Shown in pieces: positions 38,052 to 51,200 of a stretch of 64,000 nt of DNA (positions are counted from its first letter, which is position 1; each line of letters opens with the position of its first letter). Origin of the DNA: Ptychomitrium polyphyllum (Eukaryota); assembly GCA_973851085.1 (NCBI GenBank), contig OZ316776.1, forward strand, positions 9,300,001 to 9,364,000, in the 5' to 3' direction. The notes under the pieces were generated by a model. The model did no database searches. It was not told where the DNA came from and saw only the letters and a list, made by a program, of their open reading frames with translations. The translations under genes and the position numbers were made by a program.

Positions 38052-40108
38052 ATGCAACACAAGCGATGCGAGGGATGCAACATTGACATCATTCTCGACT
38101 TGAGTCACATGACATATGCTTCCCAGAAGATTGAACACATGGACCAAACGGTGGTTCAATCAGGTATTCTCCATTTTCGCGAGGAATTACCAACTCACAG
38201 GCACGGGCATTCTCAAGACACGAAAGCTGGCAGCCTGGACATGAACCGATCCGGGGATTATCACCGCCGGCTCAACCTTGACGAAGTGGACCCCTCTCTT
38301 TCTTCGACAACCTTTTGCGACCGGATGAGTGGAATCGAACTCGATAGAATGAAGGTAAGTTCACTCTTCAACTATCTACTATTCTTGCTTTCAATAATCT
38401 CACAATGAATTATAATTTTAAACCCTCAATCCTAAACTCACAGCTGCTGGCGTTCGACAGGATGCACGAGACTCAATGTTTCCTCTAGACAAAAGATGGC
38501 CATTCCTGCTCCGCGTGCCGGCCACAATTTTCGGAATGTCAATGGGCATTAGCAGCCAATCGATAGTATGGAAAAGTCTTGCAACACAGACGTCGATGGA
38601 GTTTCTGCATGTGCCGTCTACCGTGGGCACTGTCGTCTGGATCATAGGAATCTTTGTGCTCTTCATGGCTTCGATGGTCTATGCTTTGAAATTTTGTTTC
38701 TGGCCAAAGGTATCTACGTTCATTCTTTTCCTCTTTTGCTCACGATTGATGTACAAAAAGTTACTGTAGCCATATCCATAACCTTGTTTAATATTCATTG
38801 GTTGGTCCGCAGGCTGTGTACCGGGAGTTTGTGCATCCAGTGCGTTCAAATTTCCTGATTGTGCCATTCCTTTCGGCATTGTTTCTCCTTCTTGGAACGC
38901 CAACGTTGGTGGCCGACGGTGACCAGACTTCCATTCTTATCTGTGCCTTCGTCTTCAGCGGTTAGCTTTCTTTCCATTTTTCTCTATAAATTTGGTTTTG
39001 CTTAACATATCGATGATGTGAATTAATGAATGGCGTTGAAATTGTACAGTGCCAGTTTTGATTATTGAGGTTCACTTCTACGGGCATTGGCTAATGGGGG
39101 GCCACAACCGCCGCCTAAGTGCCATCGTTAATCCAACGACACAGATTTCAGTGATCGGAAACTTTATTGGTGCCACGGCATTCGCCACCGGTGGTTGGAA
39201 CGACCTTGCCCTGTTCTGTTTTTCCGCAGGGTAAGTCTTTGCTTTCTGTGTCTCCTCAGGGGCATACAAAGCTGGATTAATATGCAGATTCAAAGTAATG
39301 TAATGACTAAACCAGTTGCTGAGCTTGCAGGTTGTTGCATCAGCTCGTGGTGTTCCTGACGATCTACATGCGATTACCGTCCAATACACCCCTGAACTCG
39401 CAACTCCACCCGGTGCTGTTCCTTTTCGTTGCACCTCCAAGCACGGCAGCTACAGCTTGGATTGCTATCAACGGCGATGTCGATTATTTCGCCAAGATCT
39501 TGACGTTTATTGGCCTCTTCTTGTACCTGCTTCTGGTAATCATCAATCATTTCACATCCCATATCCTTAAACGTAAACTCAATCTTGCGACACCTTACTT
39601 AAAACTTTTCTATTTCAAACTCCGTTCAGAATCTGAATTCAACTACTTGGTTGAATTGCGCTGCAGGTGTCTCGAGCAAACCATCTTGTGCGAGGAGTGA
39701 GGTAAACCTCTGCGAACTTTGCTGTATTTGAAACAATGCACTGAAAATGCATTTTTCCACGAGCATAAAAAAGTTGAGAACGACGCATGATTGCTTTGAA
39801 TATACGTCGACTCCATGCGCAGATTCTCACTGGCGTGGTGGGCGTACACGTTCCCTATGGGCGCTGCTGCCCTTGCAGCCATGGCGTATGCAAGTGCGAA
39901 TCACAGCGTGTTTGCCAAATCGCTGGCCGCTGGCTTAGCATTCATGTCGTCGGCTACGGTGATATTCGTGCTCGTGTTCACCATCGCCAGGACGTTCACG
40001 GGGCACTTGTTTCCCAACGACGAGGTTGTCGGTGTTTGTCTCACTCCGGATCCCACTGTTCGAAACGAGGTTTCGCATTTCTCGAATCCTTGCTCTGCGG
40101 CGTCCTGA
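38052..40108 (+). CDS. SLAH: S-type anion channel, SLAC1/SLAH family; approx. join(38052..38354,38461..38709,38813..38960,39050..39230,39331..39535,39667..39701,39823..40108); start uncertain
   Basis: Motifs DKRWPFLLR, REFVHPVRSNF, YGHWLMGG..RRLSAIVNPT, VIGNFIGA, LHPVLFLFVAPPSTA, FSLAWWAYTFPM (gate Phe) and LFPND. Introns are GT-AG and in phase. Confidence 0.9.
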
Positions 40109-40344
40109 TCGTATGACATTGACAGCTCCACATGTACATTGCCAATTGTTCCATTTTGTACAACGTGAATAAAATTAGTTTACTGCAAGGCTCCAGGATC
40201 AAGTATCCTTCCACTCAGTTTTCTTTCTTCTGCCTGTGTTTGCTTTATAAGGCCCACTTTATACTAGAGCCGTTCCCCGTTGGGAAGCTGGCCGGAGTGG
40301 GAAGCATTTGTTTCAACAATTGGGCCTCCTAGTTTAAAGCCCCT

Positions 40345-40394
40345 TGGGCCCCATTAAGCTCGTGGGCCCCACTAAGCTCGTGGGCCCCACTAAG
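40345..40394. repeat. 18-bp tandem repeat (TGGGCCCCAYTAAGCTCG) x ~2.8
   Basis: Units at 40345, 40363 and 40381 (partial). Confidence 0.85.
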
Positions 40395-41998
40395 GGTTGG
40401 ATGGGGCCAAAAATCAAACTGTTAGAAGTAAACAAGGAGAAAATTTGAGAACATATTTATTGTCTTCTTCTTGTCCAAATTATTCTGAAAGCCACAAGAG
40501 GTTGATCCTTGTCTACTTACATTTTTACAAATCCAAGTTCTTGAAGTATTTTTGGATCCAAGTAAATTGCAGACCATTGTTGTGGAGAATTGATGGTTCA
40601 AAAGTAAAAAAGCACCAAAAGTGACTTGACTTGAAAGAAGTCTATATAGACGAGTATTGACACATTTTAGCTTATCACCATTAAAATTCCAAGATCAAGC
40701 AAAACCATCATTGTAAATTGCAATTGCATTAACTCTAAATTGCAATTTCTGTTTGCCTTTGGATGTGAGAAAGAGAAACACTATTAATTATTAAGTTCTA
40801 CATCCTTAGGCTTCAAAGTGAGCCATATGAATTCTTGTTAGTCCTAAAAACCTCATCTATACTTGACTCCAAACCCAATTAGCACAAATGAAATCCATTG
40901 CATAAATTAGAACACATTCCACCAAATCAAACAGAAATCCTCTAGCACTAATCTTTTTAAATCCTTCTTCTTTTATCATCCTAATCCCAACCACAACTAA
41001 AACAAATTCAAAAAGGGTGCAAATCTCACCCATGTACCCACCCTCCCTACTCAAAATAAAACATCACAAATTGCACAACAGGCACTTACTCAGAGCATAG
41101 AGGCAAAGGAATGAGAACTGAGAGGAGTTCATGAGTGCCCAAGGTGTGGATTTTCATCATTTTTGCTCGCTGTCGGCAGTCGCCATTTGTGTCTGACCGT
41201 GATGACTGCCCACAGCCCACAGCCCACAGCCCGCACAAGGACACTCACCAGCTCCAAGCAAGTCAAGCCGGTTTCAGGATGCATGGCAATGCACCACCAA
41301 CGCCGACGCCAACAAGCTAGACCATGCGAGGGCTGGTCTGCAGCGGCGTCGTCTGCTGCAGGGCCTAGCCCTGGTACCGCAACTGTAACCTCACTCAGTC
41401 GTTGTCGTGCCCTTGCCTCCTCTCTGGCTTTCCAGGGGCCCTGTGAAGCGCACGGCCCACACAAGTGCCACACAGACATCGTGGTCTCTCGCTTTCGCAG
41501 CGTGCAACGAGATCCACTGTCTGGCCTTCCTCGTGTGGAAAGCCACGGAAGGCGAGGCGAGGCATAAAACTCTCGGGTTTTGTGATGAGCGTTGCGGCTC
41601 TTGGAAGCTAACTTTACGGAATGGCAGCTTGGGAGTGAGGGAAGAAGGGTGGGAGGGAGGGAGTGGGTTCGTGGTTGTGGTAGCGATTCAACGGGAGTGT
41701 AGTACAGTGTTAGGTACTGGACTGGCGGTGGCGGTGGAAGTTTGAGTGAATTGGCGGTAGCGAAAGGATTGGGTTAGTGTTGTGGAGGCAGGGTATGTGG
41801 GTTTGGCGGTAGCGGAGGACTGGGGTTGAGGGGCGATTCCTTTGCTTTTGATGCAGGGGGGTGAAGTTCTGAAGGAAAGGGGGAACCTTTGAGCTTGTGA
41901 TGGTGGGGGGTTTGGGACGGAATTAGGGTTAGAGGGTCCGCTCCCTATGGAGTGGTGATTGGTGGAATTAAGGTGAGGGTGGAGTAAGAGGAGAAGAG

Positions 41999-44598
41999 AT
42001 GGCGCGGATCACGTTCCCAGTGTTGGTGTTTCTGACGCTAGCGGCAATGGTGGCGACGTACAACACGATTAATATGATCAACAGCTCCCACAGGGGCCAT
42101 GGTGAGCTGGGGAAGAAGCGATGGGAAGAAGATGGGGACGGTAGTTTGTTTGCGTTCGACCCGCTGATAGAAATGCCAGATGATGTGAAATTGGGATCCA
42201 AGCGTTTGTTTCACGTTGCGGTGACGGCGAATGATTCCCCCTATAACCGGTGGCAGTGCCGGGTGATGTACTACTGGTATAAGAAGTTCAAAGATGCGCC
42301 CGGCTCGGAGATGGGTGGCTTCACTCGTGTTTTGCATTCCGGGAAGCCTGACAATATAATGGAAGAAATTCCGACCTTCGTTGTTGACCCTCTGCCGCCG
42401 GGTGAAGATCGGGTAAGCTTCATCTCTCATTCTGTAGCTGGCATTGATACCAACATTGATTGCAATAGGAAAAGCTCATTAGGGGAATGTAGGATGTATT
42501 AATCGAGAACATTTTTCAGAACAATTGAGCTTCAGATTTCTATCTCGTTCTATGGCGAGGTGATAATCTTCCGGCAATGAGGTGAAAGCATGGATCGTAT
42601 AGAATAGGCTGTTGCTGTCTGACCTGCATCCTGGTGAGCTTGTTTGAATGTTCCAGAAATGGTCCGAGTATTGTCCGTGAATGAGCTGTTACACTTGGAT
42701 ATGTGTATTCTTTCCAATTTGATTTGCCTTTCCTAAAATTGGAAATGTCTTAAAATTAGGACTTCTTGGTGAAATTAGAGATTAATCTGCAGGTTGTGCA
42801 AGTGTGGTTGGTGCAAACCTGACGTGGTCGTGATGATTTTGAAAATTAGGTGCGTTGTTTTGTGTGCAGGGATACGTTGTGTTGAATCGGCCATGGGCAT
42901 TCGTGCAGTGGGTTCGAAAAGCAAACGTCACAGAAGAGTACGTATGATATTCAAAGATGTGTTGCATTGCTGTTTTGTTGAGAAAAATTGTCAGTTGAAG
43001 TAGAGCAGCTCAATTCCTGTCATAGAGAAACTTCAATACCACCATATATTGTTTCAGCTCAGCTTTTGGATCCGCAGGAATTTAGGCTAAGGATTCATAC
43101 GGTTAGGTGGCTCGTGCATCTGATATGTTTTGGACTTACTTTCTCAAGGTAAAATCTTATAATGTTTTGGGGAATGATTTGGGGGTCCAGTTACATTCTG
43201 ATGGCAGAGCCAGATCATTTATTTACACGTCCGCTTCCAAACTTGGCTACAGAGGACATGCCTGCTGCCTACAAGTTCTTCTACATCGTTCCTTCAGAAA
43301 ATGAAAAAGTACTGAGAAAATACTTTCCAGAGGAAAAGGGACCAATTTCCAACATTGATCCAATAGGGAATTCTCCCGTTATTATTAAAAAGGTATTTTT
43401 TTCTCTTGGTCGAGGGTCTACTGTCTAAGCTATTGATTACTGTGGATTACTGCCCATTGCTGCCCCTAAATACTGAGGAGCGATTTTTTCAGGAGATGAG
43501 AGTGCTGACCTCGGGTGTGGTTGATGATTGCAGAGTCAACTGGAGAAAATAGCTCCAACATGGTCAGACGTGTCCATAAAGATGAAAGCTGATCCAGAAG
43601 CTGACAAAGCGTTTGGTTGGGTCCTCGAAATGTATGTAAAGTTCGGACGGTGTTTGCCTGTACGTAGAGTGTTTGTAAGTTTGTAAGGTACGTTGTCATC
43701 CTGCCCTAGATTCTGACTTGGCTGATGTCGAAATGTCACTGTATGAGCAGGTATGGATACGCAACAGCATCAGCTTTGCACGGGGTAAAACATAGGTTAG
43801 TCAGCGATATTATGCTACAGGTGCGTATATCTTTCAGATTATGTCCTCTTGTAAGCTTCAGATGCCTTATAACATAATTGGCTGTCAGTCTCTGCAGGGC
43901 ATGATATTGTTACAGTCGCATTATCACATGGCAGCTGCTAGTCGCTGTTACTGATTTGAGTTACGAGTTGCTAGAATACAATATTGACAATCCTGGTACA
44001 TGTTCTTGCAGCCACCTTGGGACACCAACCTAGGAGAAAGTTATATAATCCATTACACATATGGATGTGACTACACTATGCAGGTGAGGATTATCTCCAC
44101 CTTTACCCCTACGTGTCTCAGCTTTCAATACTCGAGATATTTTCCCTTTTCAGCATCCTATGAAGCACCCTTTGAGCCCTTAGCATTGGCTTATTGACCC
44201 TTCCTGATTTTCAAATATACTGATCCTCATGTCTTTCTTTATCAGGGGAAGTTGACGTACGGTAAAATTGGTGAATGGCGATTTGACAAACGTAATTTCT
44301 CCGGTGGAGCTCCGCCTAAAAATTTGACCTTGCCTCCTCCGGGTGTACCCGAGACAGTGGTAAGTTCAGCTATAGTTTGCAACTTTTGCTATCTATTCAT
44401 AGTAGCAGAGCATCATCAAGGAATAGGTGAATGTTATGTTTTCAGAATTGCAAAGCTGTATTCCAAAATGAGTACGTACAATGAAACCGGAATTCGCACA
44501 TCCTGACATGACTTAACAATTGGCGAATGCAGAGGAGATTGGTCGAGATGGTGAACGAAGCCACTGCTAATATCCCAGGATGGAAAGAAGGTGAATAG
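41999..44598 (+). CDS. HPAT: Hydroxyproline O-arabinosyltransferase (GT95; RDN1/NOD3-like); join(41999..42412,42870..42937,43191..43392,43534..43631,43751..43820,44012..44083,44246..44359,44533..44598)
   Basis: N-terminal TM; WQCRVMYYWYKK, MGGFTRVLHSG, YVVLNRPWAFVQW, YILMAEPDH, FGWVLEMYGYA, IIHYTYGCDY, GEWRFDKR and MVNEATANIP motifs. All introns are GT-AG and in phase. Confidence 0.95.
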
Positions 44599-45754
44599 TA
44601 CAGTCTATAGTTTCTGGGATAACCTCAAATGTCAAAGTATTTTTGTTGTTCTGCCACTAGAATTGGGTCGAAATATTTAGGAAGCATCTCCTGGATTTGC
44701 AACTGCAACAGATTTTTACTCAGACAGCAAGGGCTGCAAGTGTAGGCATCCCGATTGTACGCTTTAATGTATGCCAGGTTATATAAGGCCTTACTGTCAA
44801 AGCCATCATGCATCCAGATTGTTTGCTGTGCTACTTACACTTAAATAGTTGGGAGCACAGCGTTTCTTACTGAGTAGAGAAGCTTGAAAATGAAATGTCT
44901 TCTGTTTTTTTGAAGCTCTCACTTTGTAAAGTGAATTTTAGCTAGCTCATAGAGCAATTTTTTGAGGTTCAGCACTGAAGAAAATGTGATATGGTAAAGT
45001 GGGATTTTCCTGGTCAATCCGCCTATTAAGATGTATATTTATTCATTATGTTATTCATTATGTTATTCGACAATATGTATGGCATACTCTTTTCTCGGCA
45101 ACGCGTTTCTTGCGATAACCAGTGGCATATTGTTGCAACAGCTGCTTTTGATTTGTGTTGCGAAGATTGTGAAACCAGATTTTTGTTTACATTATTCCCT
45201 ACACTTTGAAAACAGAACGATCTGCTGAAGGGTGATTAAAAAAGATGCATATTGAATGATAAAGGTCATAAAGAAAGCGCTTCAATCGGCATATTTTATC
45301 TCGAAGTATGTGATGCAGCATACTGCTGAACCACAGGCTACAACTCCTCACATAGTATTCCTCAAAGGAAGACAAGTCCAATTATATCACTAGAGCGTCA
45401 AACCAGTTGGCCATTTTTTACATTGCGGTGGGCAGTCTCAAACCTTCTTACTTTTCTACATCACACCGTTCTTAAGCTTTGTTAAAAGTGCACCTTCCTG
45501 TCATGTAGCACCAATGTGCTACGGTAAACTTTTATGTTCATCCCTCAACCCGTAGGCAAATTTCAGGAGTATGTGACAGAATTTTGAAGTATGTGAGACA
45601 TTGTCCTCCTGTTCTTAAGCTCAGTTTAGGAGCAAAGACATAGCCATCTAATCGCGATATCTTGCCACAGATGGATGAGAAGGGTGCTCTAGTTTAGTTG
45701 GTCAGGAAGGGAAACTCTTCGCAAAGCAGAAAAGTACACAGCTGATGCAGAGGA

Positions 45755-48203
45755 TCAATAACTGCCCGACATGGTGGTGGATTCAGAGCCCGGAAATCTA
45801 AGCGGGCCGCTAGAGGTCAGAGGAGTCTCGCTACCAGCGCTGAGATGATCACCCACAGGAACAGGGTCGGGGTTGCGGATCTGCAAGAGCATTTTCAGCA
45901 CTTCAGTGCTCTTGGGACGTTGTTGTGGGTCCAGATTCGTGCAAAACACGGCAATTTTCATGGCCAGAACAATCTCGGCCTCGTACCCAGAGCCCTGCAA
46001 GGCAGGGTCAATGGCCTCTATGGCGCCACTGCTCGACTGCAAACATTTCTGCAGCCACTGCCCAATGCTACCCCCATTCTCCACCACGAACTGGTCCCTT
46101 GGATTACGAGCTGTCAGCAATTGGGCTATCACCACACCAAAGCTGAAGACATCACTCTTTTGCGAATACCTGAACATATTACAAAGTAGTGTGCGTCAAT
46201 AAACAAAAGGTTACTGGACGAATTTAGATAGGAAGAAAACCGCGAATTGCAACCATAATTAGGACTAGGATCCTGGCTCACCTCAGAGTTTGGTGATACT
46301 CCGGCGCAATGAAACCGATAGTGCCAGCAACGACATTGGTAGAGGCGTGTGTGGCCTTGAGGGGGACGATGGCAGCGAGCCCGAAGTCGCCCAGCTTGGC
46401 TTCATACGCCTCGTCGAGCAGAATATTGGCAGGTTTCAAGTCGCGGTGCACGATGGAGCTGCCGAGGGATTCATTGTGGAGATAAGCGAGGCCTTGTGCG
46501 ACGTCGCAGAGAATTCGGTGGCGTTGCGGCCACGAGAGGGTCATATCTCCGGCAGCCATCTGTCCCAGTACATCATGCAAGCTACCCTTGGGCACGAACT
46601 CATATACCAACAAGTGGTAGTCGGTTTTGAAGACGTAAGCCAGGAGTTGCACCAGGTTACGGTGACGGATAAAGCCTAGGGTTTCGAGCTCAGCGCGGAT
46701 CTGCCTGGCATCGTAGGTCTCGACCTTGGGGTCCTCACCCTCAACGTCGTTCGTAGGGTTACGGACGCATTTGATGGCCACGATGAGGTCATCCTGGAGC
46801 GGCACTTGGTACACTCTCCCGTTTCCTCCTTCGCCAAGGAGGCGACAGCCAGCTAAAGCATCTTCCTTGTTGAGGAACGCGAGCATGTTGGGCGTGATTT
46901 TCTTGTTGAAGATAATGGGCTTATTGAGGTCATCCGTTGTCGTGTAGCACACCAGCACACCGCGTGTGAGAAGTGCGAGCAGAATGGCGGCGACCACGCC
47001 CGTGACCAACCCCACTGCGATTCCGAGACCCCATCGGGCGCCATTGCTGCGGCGATGACGCGACGTCGATAACAGCGACCTTCGCAACCGGCCCTGCGAC
47101 GACGTCTGAGGGAAAAAGAAACTCCTAATACAGCTTCCGGCAACATGTGTTCCTCTGGCAAGAAGATCGTTCACGAAAGATTGGAAAACGTGAAGGGAAC
47201 CTTCGTTCTTGCAAGGGTGCAATGGCGACCCGCACAAACCATCGTTTCCTTGAAACGCCGGCGCGAAACGCGACCACCTGGCGTAGGGTATGCGGCCCGA
47301 CAGCCGATTACGCGCTACATCGAACTCCACAAGCTCTCGAAGCTCCACATACAACGACGGAATCTCCCCCTCGATGAAATTATCTGCCACATTCAGACGC
47401 CGCAGCTTCGAGCAGCTCTTGAGCTCCTCCGGTAGTGGTCTATCCAAAATGTTGTTCTGGAGATTCAGAGTTTCCAGGTTCCGAAGCTCCCCGTACTCAC
47501 TCGGGATGCTGCCAACGAGATAGTTGGAACCAAGATGAATCTCCACAAGCTCCAAGCACAAGCTCAACTTCCTCGGCAAGACGCCCGTGAGACGATTATG
47601 CGACAAATCTAGGAGCTTCAAAGACTCACAAGCACTGTTGTCAGGCGCCAAACGCTTCTCAATCAACGCATCCAGATGCCCGGAAAGCTTGTTCTCAGTG
47701 GCAGTAAACTCTATCAAATTGGGCAAGAGCGAAAGGATGCCAACAGGAATGGACCCAACTAAGTCATTCCTGTCCAGATCCAGCGACATCAACCGCCTAC
47801 ACTCGCCGAGCTCCTCAGGAATGCTACCCTCAAGCTTGTTTCCCGACAGCCTCAGCACCTCAAGCTCCGAAAGATGTCCGAGCTTGGACGAAATAGGACC
47901 TTTCAATATGGCACCCGTCACCTCCAACTCTACAACGCGAGTCGCATCCAATCCCAAGCGCGCGCATTTCACGCCGGGCCACGAACACGGAGTTTGAAGG
48001 TAATTCCAGCTCCGCAACACGCCCTTGGGATCCTGCAATCCCTCCTTGAACTGCAGAAGTGCATCCGCGTCCCCCCTCAAGCCGCTATCCACATACCATG
48101 GCGAATCATCAGCATGCGCACCAACAGTGCACCACATAAATACAGTCACCGCTACTGCCACCGCTAAACAAACACCGCCACACTTCTCTTGTCTAACCGC
48201 CAT
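45755..48203 (-). CDS. LRR receptor-like kinase, SOBIR1/CORYNE-clade-like; complement(join(45755..46169,46282..48203)), ~778 aa
   Basis: Signal peptide, LRRNT (W..C.W.GV.C), ~8-9 LRRs, GNDGLCG cap, TM with GxxxGxxxG, and an intact RD kinase (GEGGNG, VAIK, HRDLKPANILL, DFG, APE). One GT-AG intron. Confidence 0.93.
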
Positions 48204-51200
48204 TCCGGGAACTCCAAACCTCACAAAACGATCTCATAAACGACCTCAAAACTTCAACCTTTGAAAACCAAGACGACCTAATATCATCATCATCATCAAC
48301 AACAACATCTCCATCTGCTTCATCAAAGTCTAACCGACGAACTAAAACACCAACTTACAACTAGACCTTCAAGTTTCAAACAACAAGCACCCGAGAAAGA
48401 GAGAAGAACAGGGAGACTATGTGCATTTGTATTGTACTATGTGCAGACGTACAGACACGACCACCACCACCATCCCATGAATGATTCAACCACCAGTGGA
48501 TGACAAAGTCTTGGTACCAATTGCAACTAACGTTCATCACCACGAATCACAACCAAAAAATTAATTATCCCCCACTAATCAGATGTGCGTGCCACAGTGA
48601 CCAAGATCCTAGCAAAGTTGAGCACTCTACCATTGCTCTGCTGTAGAGTGGAATGGAATTGTTTAGGAGCCATATAATAATGTACACTGTTGGATGCGAT
48701 ACGCGGCCACTCGACACTGTTGGACAACGTTTGAGCACATCACGATTGGGATAAAGTACCAAGATACAGCAAAAAAGTCCAAATTGATGGAGCGTTTTGA
48801 TTCAAGCGTGCAGGGAAGAGTGTCCACGTGGCCCCCAGCCAAGGCAAATATAATATAATACCGAAGTGCAGCAGGCATACCCAAATGCGTCACTGCGTAG
48901 GATGTATCCCCAAATAAGTCCTGTACCCAAATTCTGACATTATCTATCAAATACGTACTTTTCACCTCTTCAAAATTACGACGGTCATAGATAGCAAAAT
49001 TGTCACTGTGAATACAAGGGCCCTGGTAAGATTCTGTAAGTAGTATGTACATCTCCAAAAGGAATTGTGGGTTTGGATAAGCACCCCTTACCTAAGACCA
49101 CCATTGTCTATCAGATCCACCAAAGGCATAGATAGTGTGGCTTCTGGATAGAGTGTCGCATATGTGTGCGTAGTGTTGACTTGGTCGTCTGGTGTTGTTG
49201 GTTCTCTTGGAGCTCGCTTCTGTTCGCTTTCATTCGCTTAGGGCTCGTATGGGGTTCACATGGAGTCCAAGACGGGGTTCCCAGGGGGAAAGCGCGTTCC
49301 TCGTGCAATTGCCCGTCGAGAGGTTCCCAAGTCTTTGGAGCGTACAAGTGGAACTTTCTAATGGCATATCCGAAGTCCGTCAGAGCTTTAGGAATGAGGA
49401 TAGGATTGGCAGAGTACCGTGCTTATCTGTACAGTCTCTTTCTCATCGATTCCGAAAGGCTGCTCATTCCAGCCTGTAGGGCTTGCTGGAATCTGGATGA
49501 GAGGGACGTGGTGTACATGATACAACTTGCTCTGGAGTTTACAGAAGGTTCTCATCACAAGTAAAGTAGACGACACATATCCGAACAGTTTAAGGAACTG
49601 AGCATGTGCCCGGGCATGGTTTTCACGTGGAACAAATTGCATTAGAAATATCTCAGGCTTTAACGTGCAGTTCTAAACAAGAAGAGGAACTTTAGAGCCC
49701 AAAGGGCATGTATGTTCGTTGTACCTCTAAGCTTATGTCCATTTAGAAATAGGATACAAAATAGGATATTCATATATAGGTATAGCCACATAAAATCAAT
49801 ACCAAATAACCAATAATCAAAGTTCAATATAATTTGTGATGTATATATTATTGTGTACTTTAACTTCCAATTCCAAAGATAATACAATTTTTTGTAAACT
49901 CATGTAAGTTTTTATATGAAATCTAAAATTTTATTCTATTAAATATCTATATAAACTATATTATTTACTTAATATAACTTTGAACTTACATGATGGATAC
50001 GCATTAACTAATTAAAGTATGCCATATGTGTTTATCATCATAATTGTATTTATATACACTTATTTATTAGTCTATTAATTAAGCTATACATGACATCTCC
50101 ATGAATTCAAGATCATGGAAGAAAATCTTGGTTCTATTACATTGATCTGTATTGTTTGAAAGTGCAACCCTAAGAGTCAAAAGTTCAGGATCCCCTATCT
50201 TAAAATTGGTTTTTCGTGTGACTACTTAATAAAACCCACTGAGGTCATTTCAATTTTGTCTCTTTTGCCATCAGTTTCCACTGTATGTAAACTTTAGTTA
50301 AAGACCAAGTTAGTAAATCCTTAAGTTACTCCTGAAACTTTCAAATTAAGTCAACCTAGGCTCCTGTGTGCTGAACATGTTCTACCAACTGTTGGGTTCC
50401 TTGCACCAGTAGAATGGCTACCTGGTGTCAAACACTAAGGTATGAAGCACATGATACAGGCAATGGTATAAAAATTGCATATCACAGTGCGAGTGGTATT
50501 GGCATCTGACATCATAGTAATCTTCAAAGCAAGGGGCTTGCCTTTAGCATGGGGAATCTGGGTGCATTGCTTGGTTGCCGGACACTGCACCATAGTGGTT
50601 AGAACTCAGTATAACAGTCGAGTCTATTTACTTAGTTGCTGATTATAAACTACATTCATCAGCCTCAAAGGCTGCCCTTGCCTTCAACAGTGAAACACAG
50701 GGAGAAGTTCTACAATAATACCAACCACGTTGATTGGGGTGTCTTTATGTGACTACCTGACCCAACCCTTCATAGTTAAATGTAATTCAAAGTGGAGCAG
50801 CTTTTCAACTAAAATAAGGGATTTTGAAGTTACATTCTTTTGAGGGTGGTGTAAAATGAGAAGAAATCACAGAACTTCAAGTACATCCAAAATGCATTCT
50901 AAGTCAAAATAAGAAGTGTATTTATAAATAAAGGTTCATTTTTAATCCATTATTTTATTGAAAGAAGACTATAGATTTTTAAGATGATATATTTTTTTGT
51001 TATTTCTTGTTTTGATGTTAAATTTTAATAAGAAGTAGAGGGCTAAATATGATCAACATTCAACCTACATTTTCTCGCATATTTTTGTAGTTTTTTATGT
51101 TTTTTGTTTTCAAAATTTCAAAATTTGATAAAGAATTATAAATTGACACATTAACTATTAACACCGTTTCTTATTAAAAGTGGATGAGCAATGTACAATT

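Noticed and set aside
38444..38460. First CAG (38441-38443) as the SLAH exon-2 acceptor
   Set aside because: Out of frame; the AG at 38459-38460 restores the conserved ELDRMK|DARDSMFPLDKRWPF.
41999..48203. HPAT plus LRR-RLK as a CLE-peptide signalling module
   Set aside because: Convergent adjacency is the only evidence, the kinase is not CLV1/BAM-like, and no CLE peptide gene was seen.
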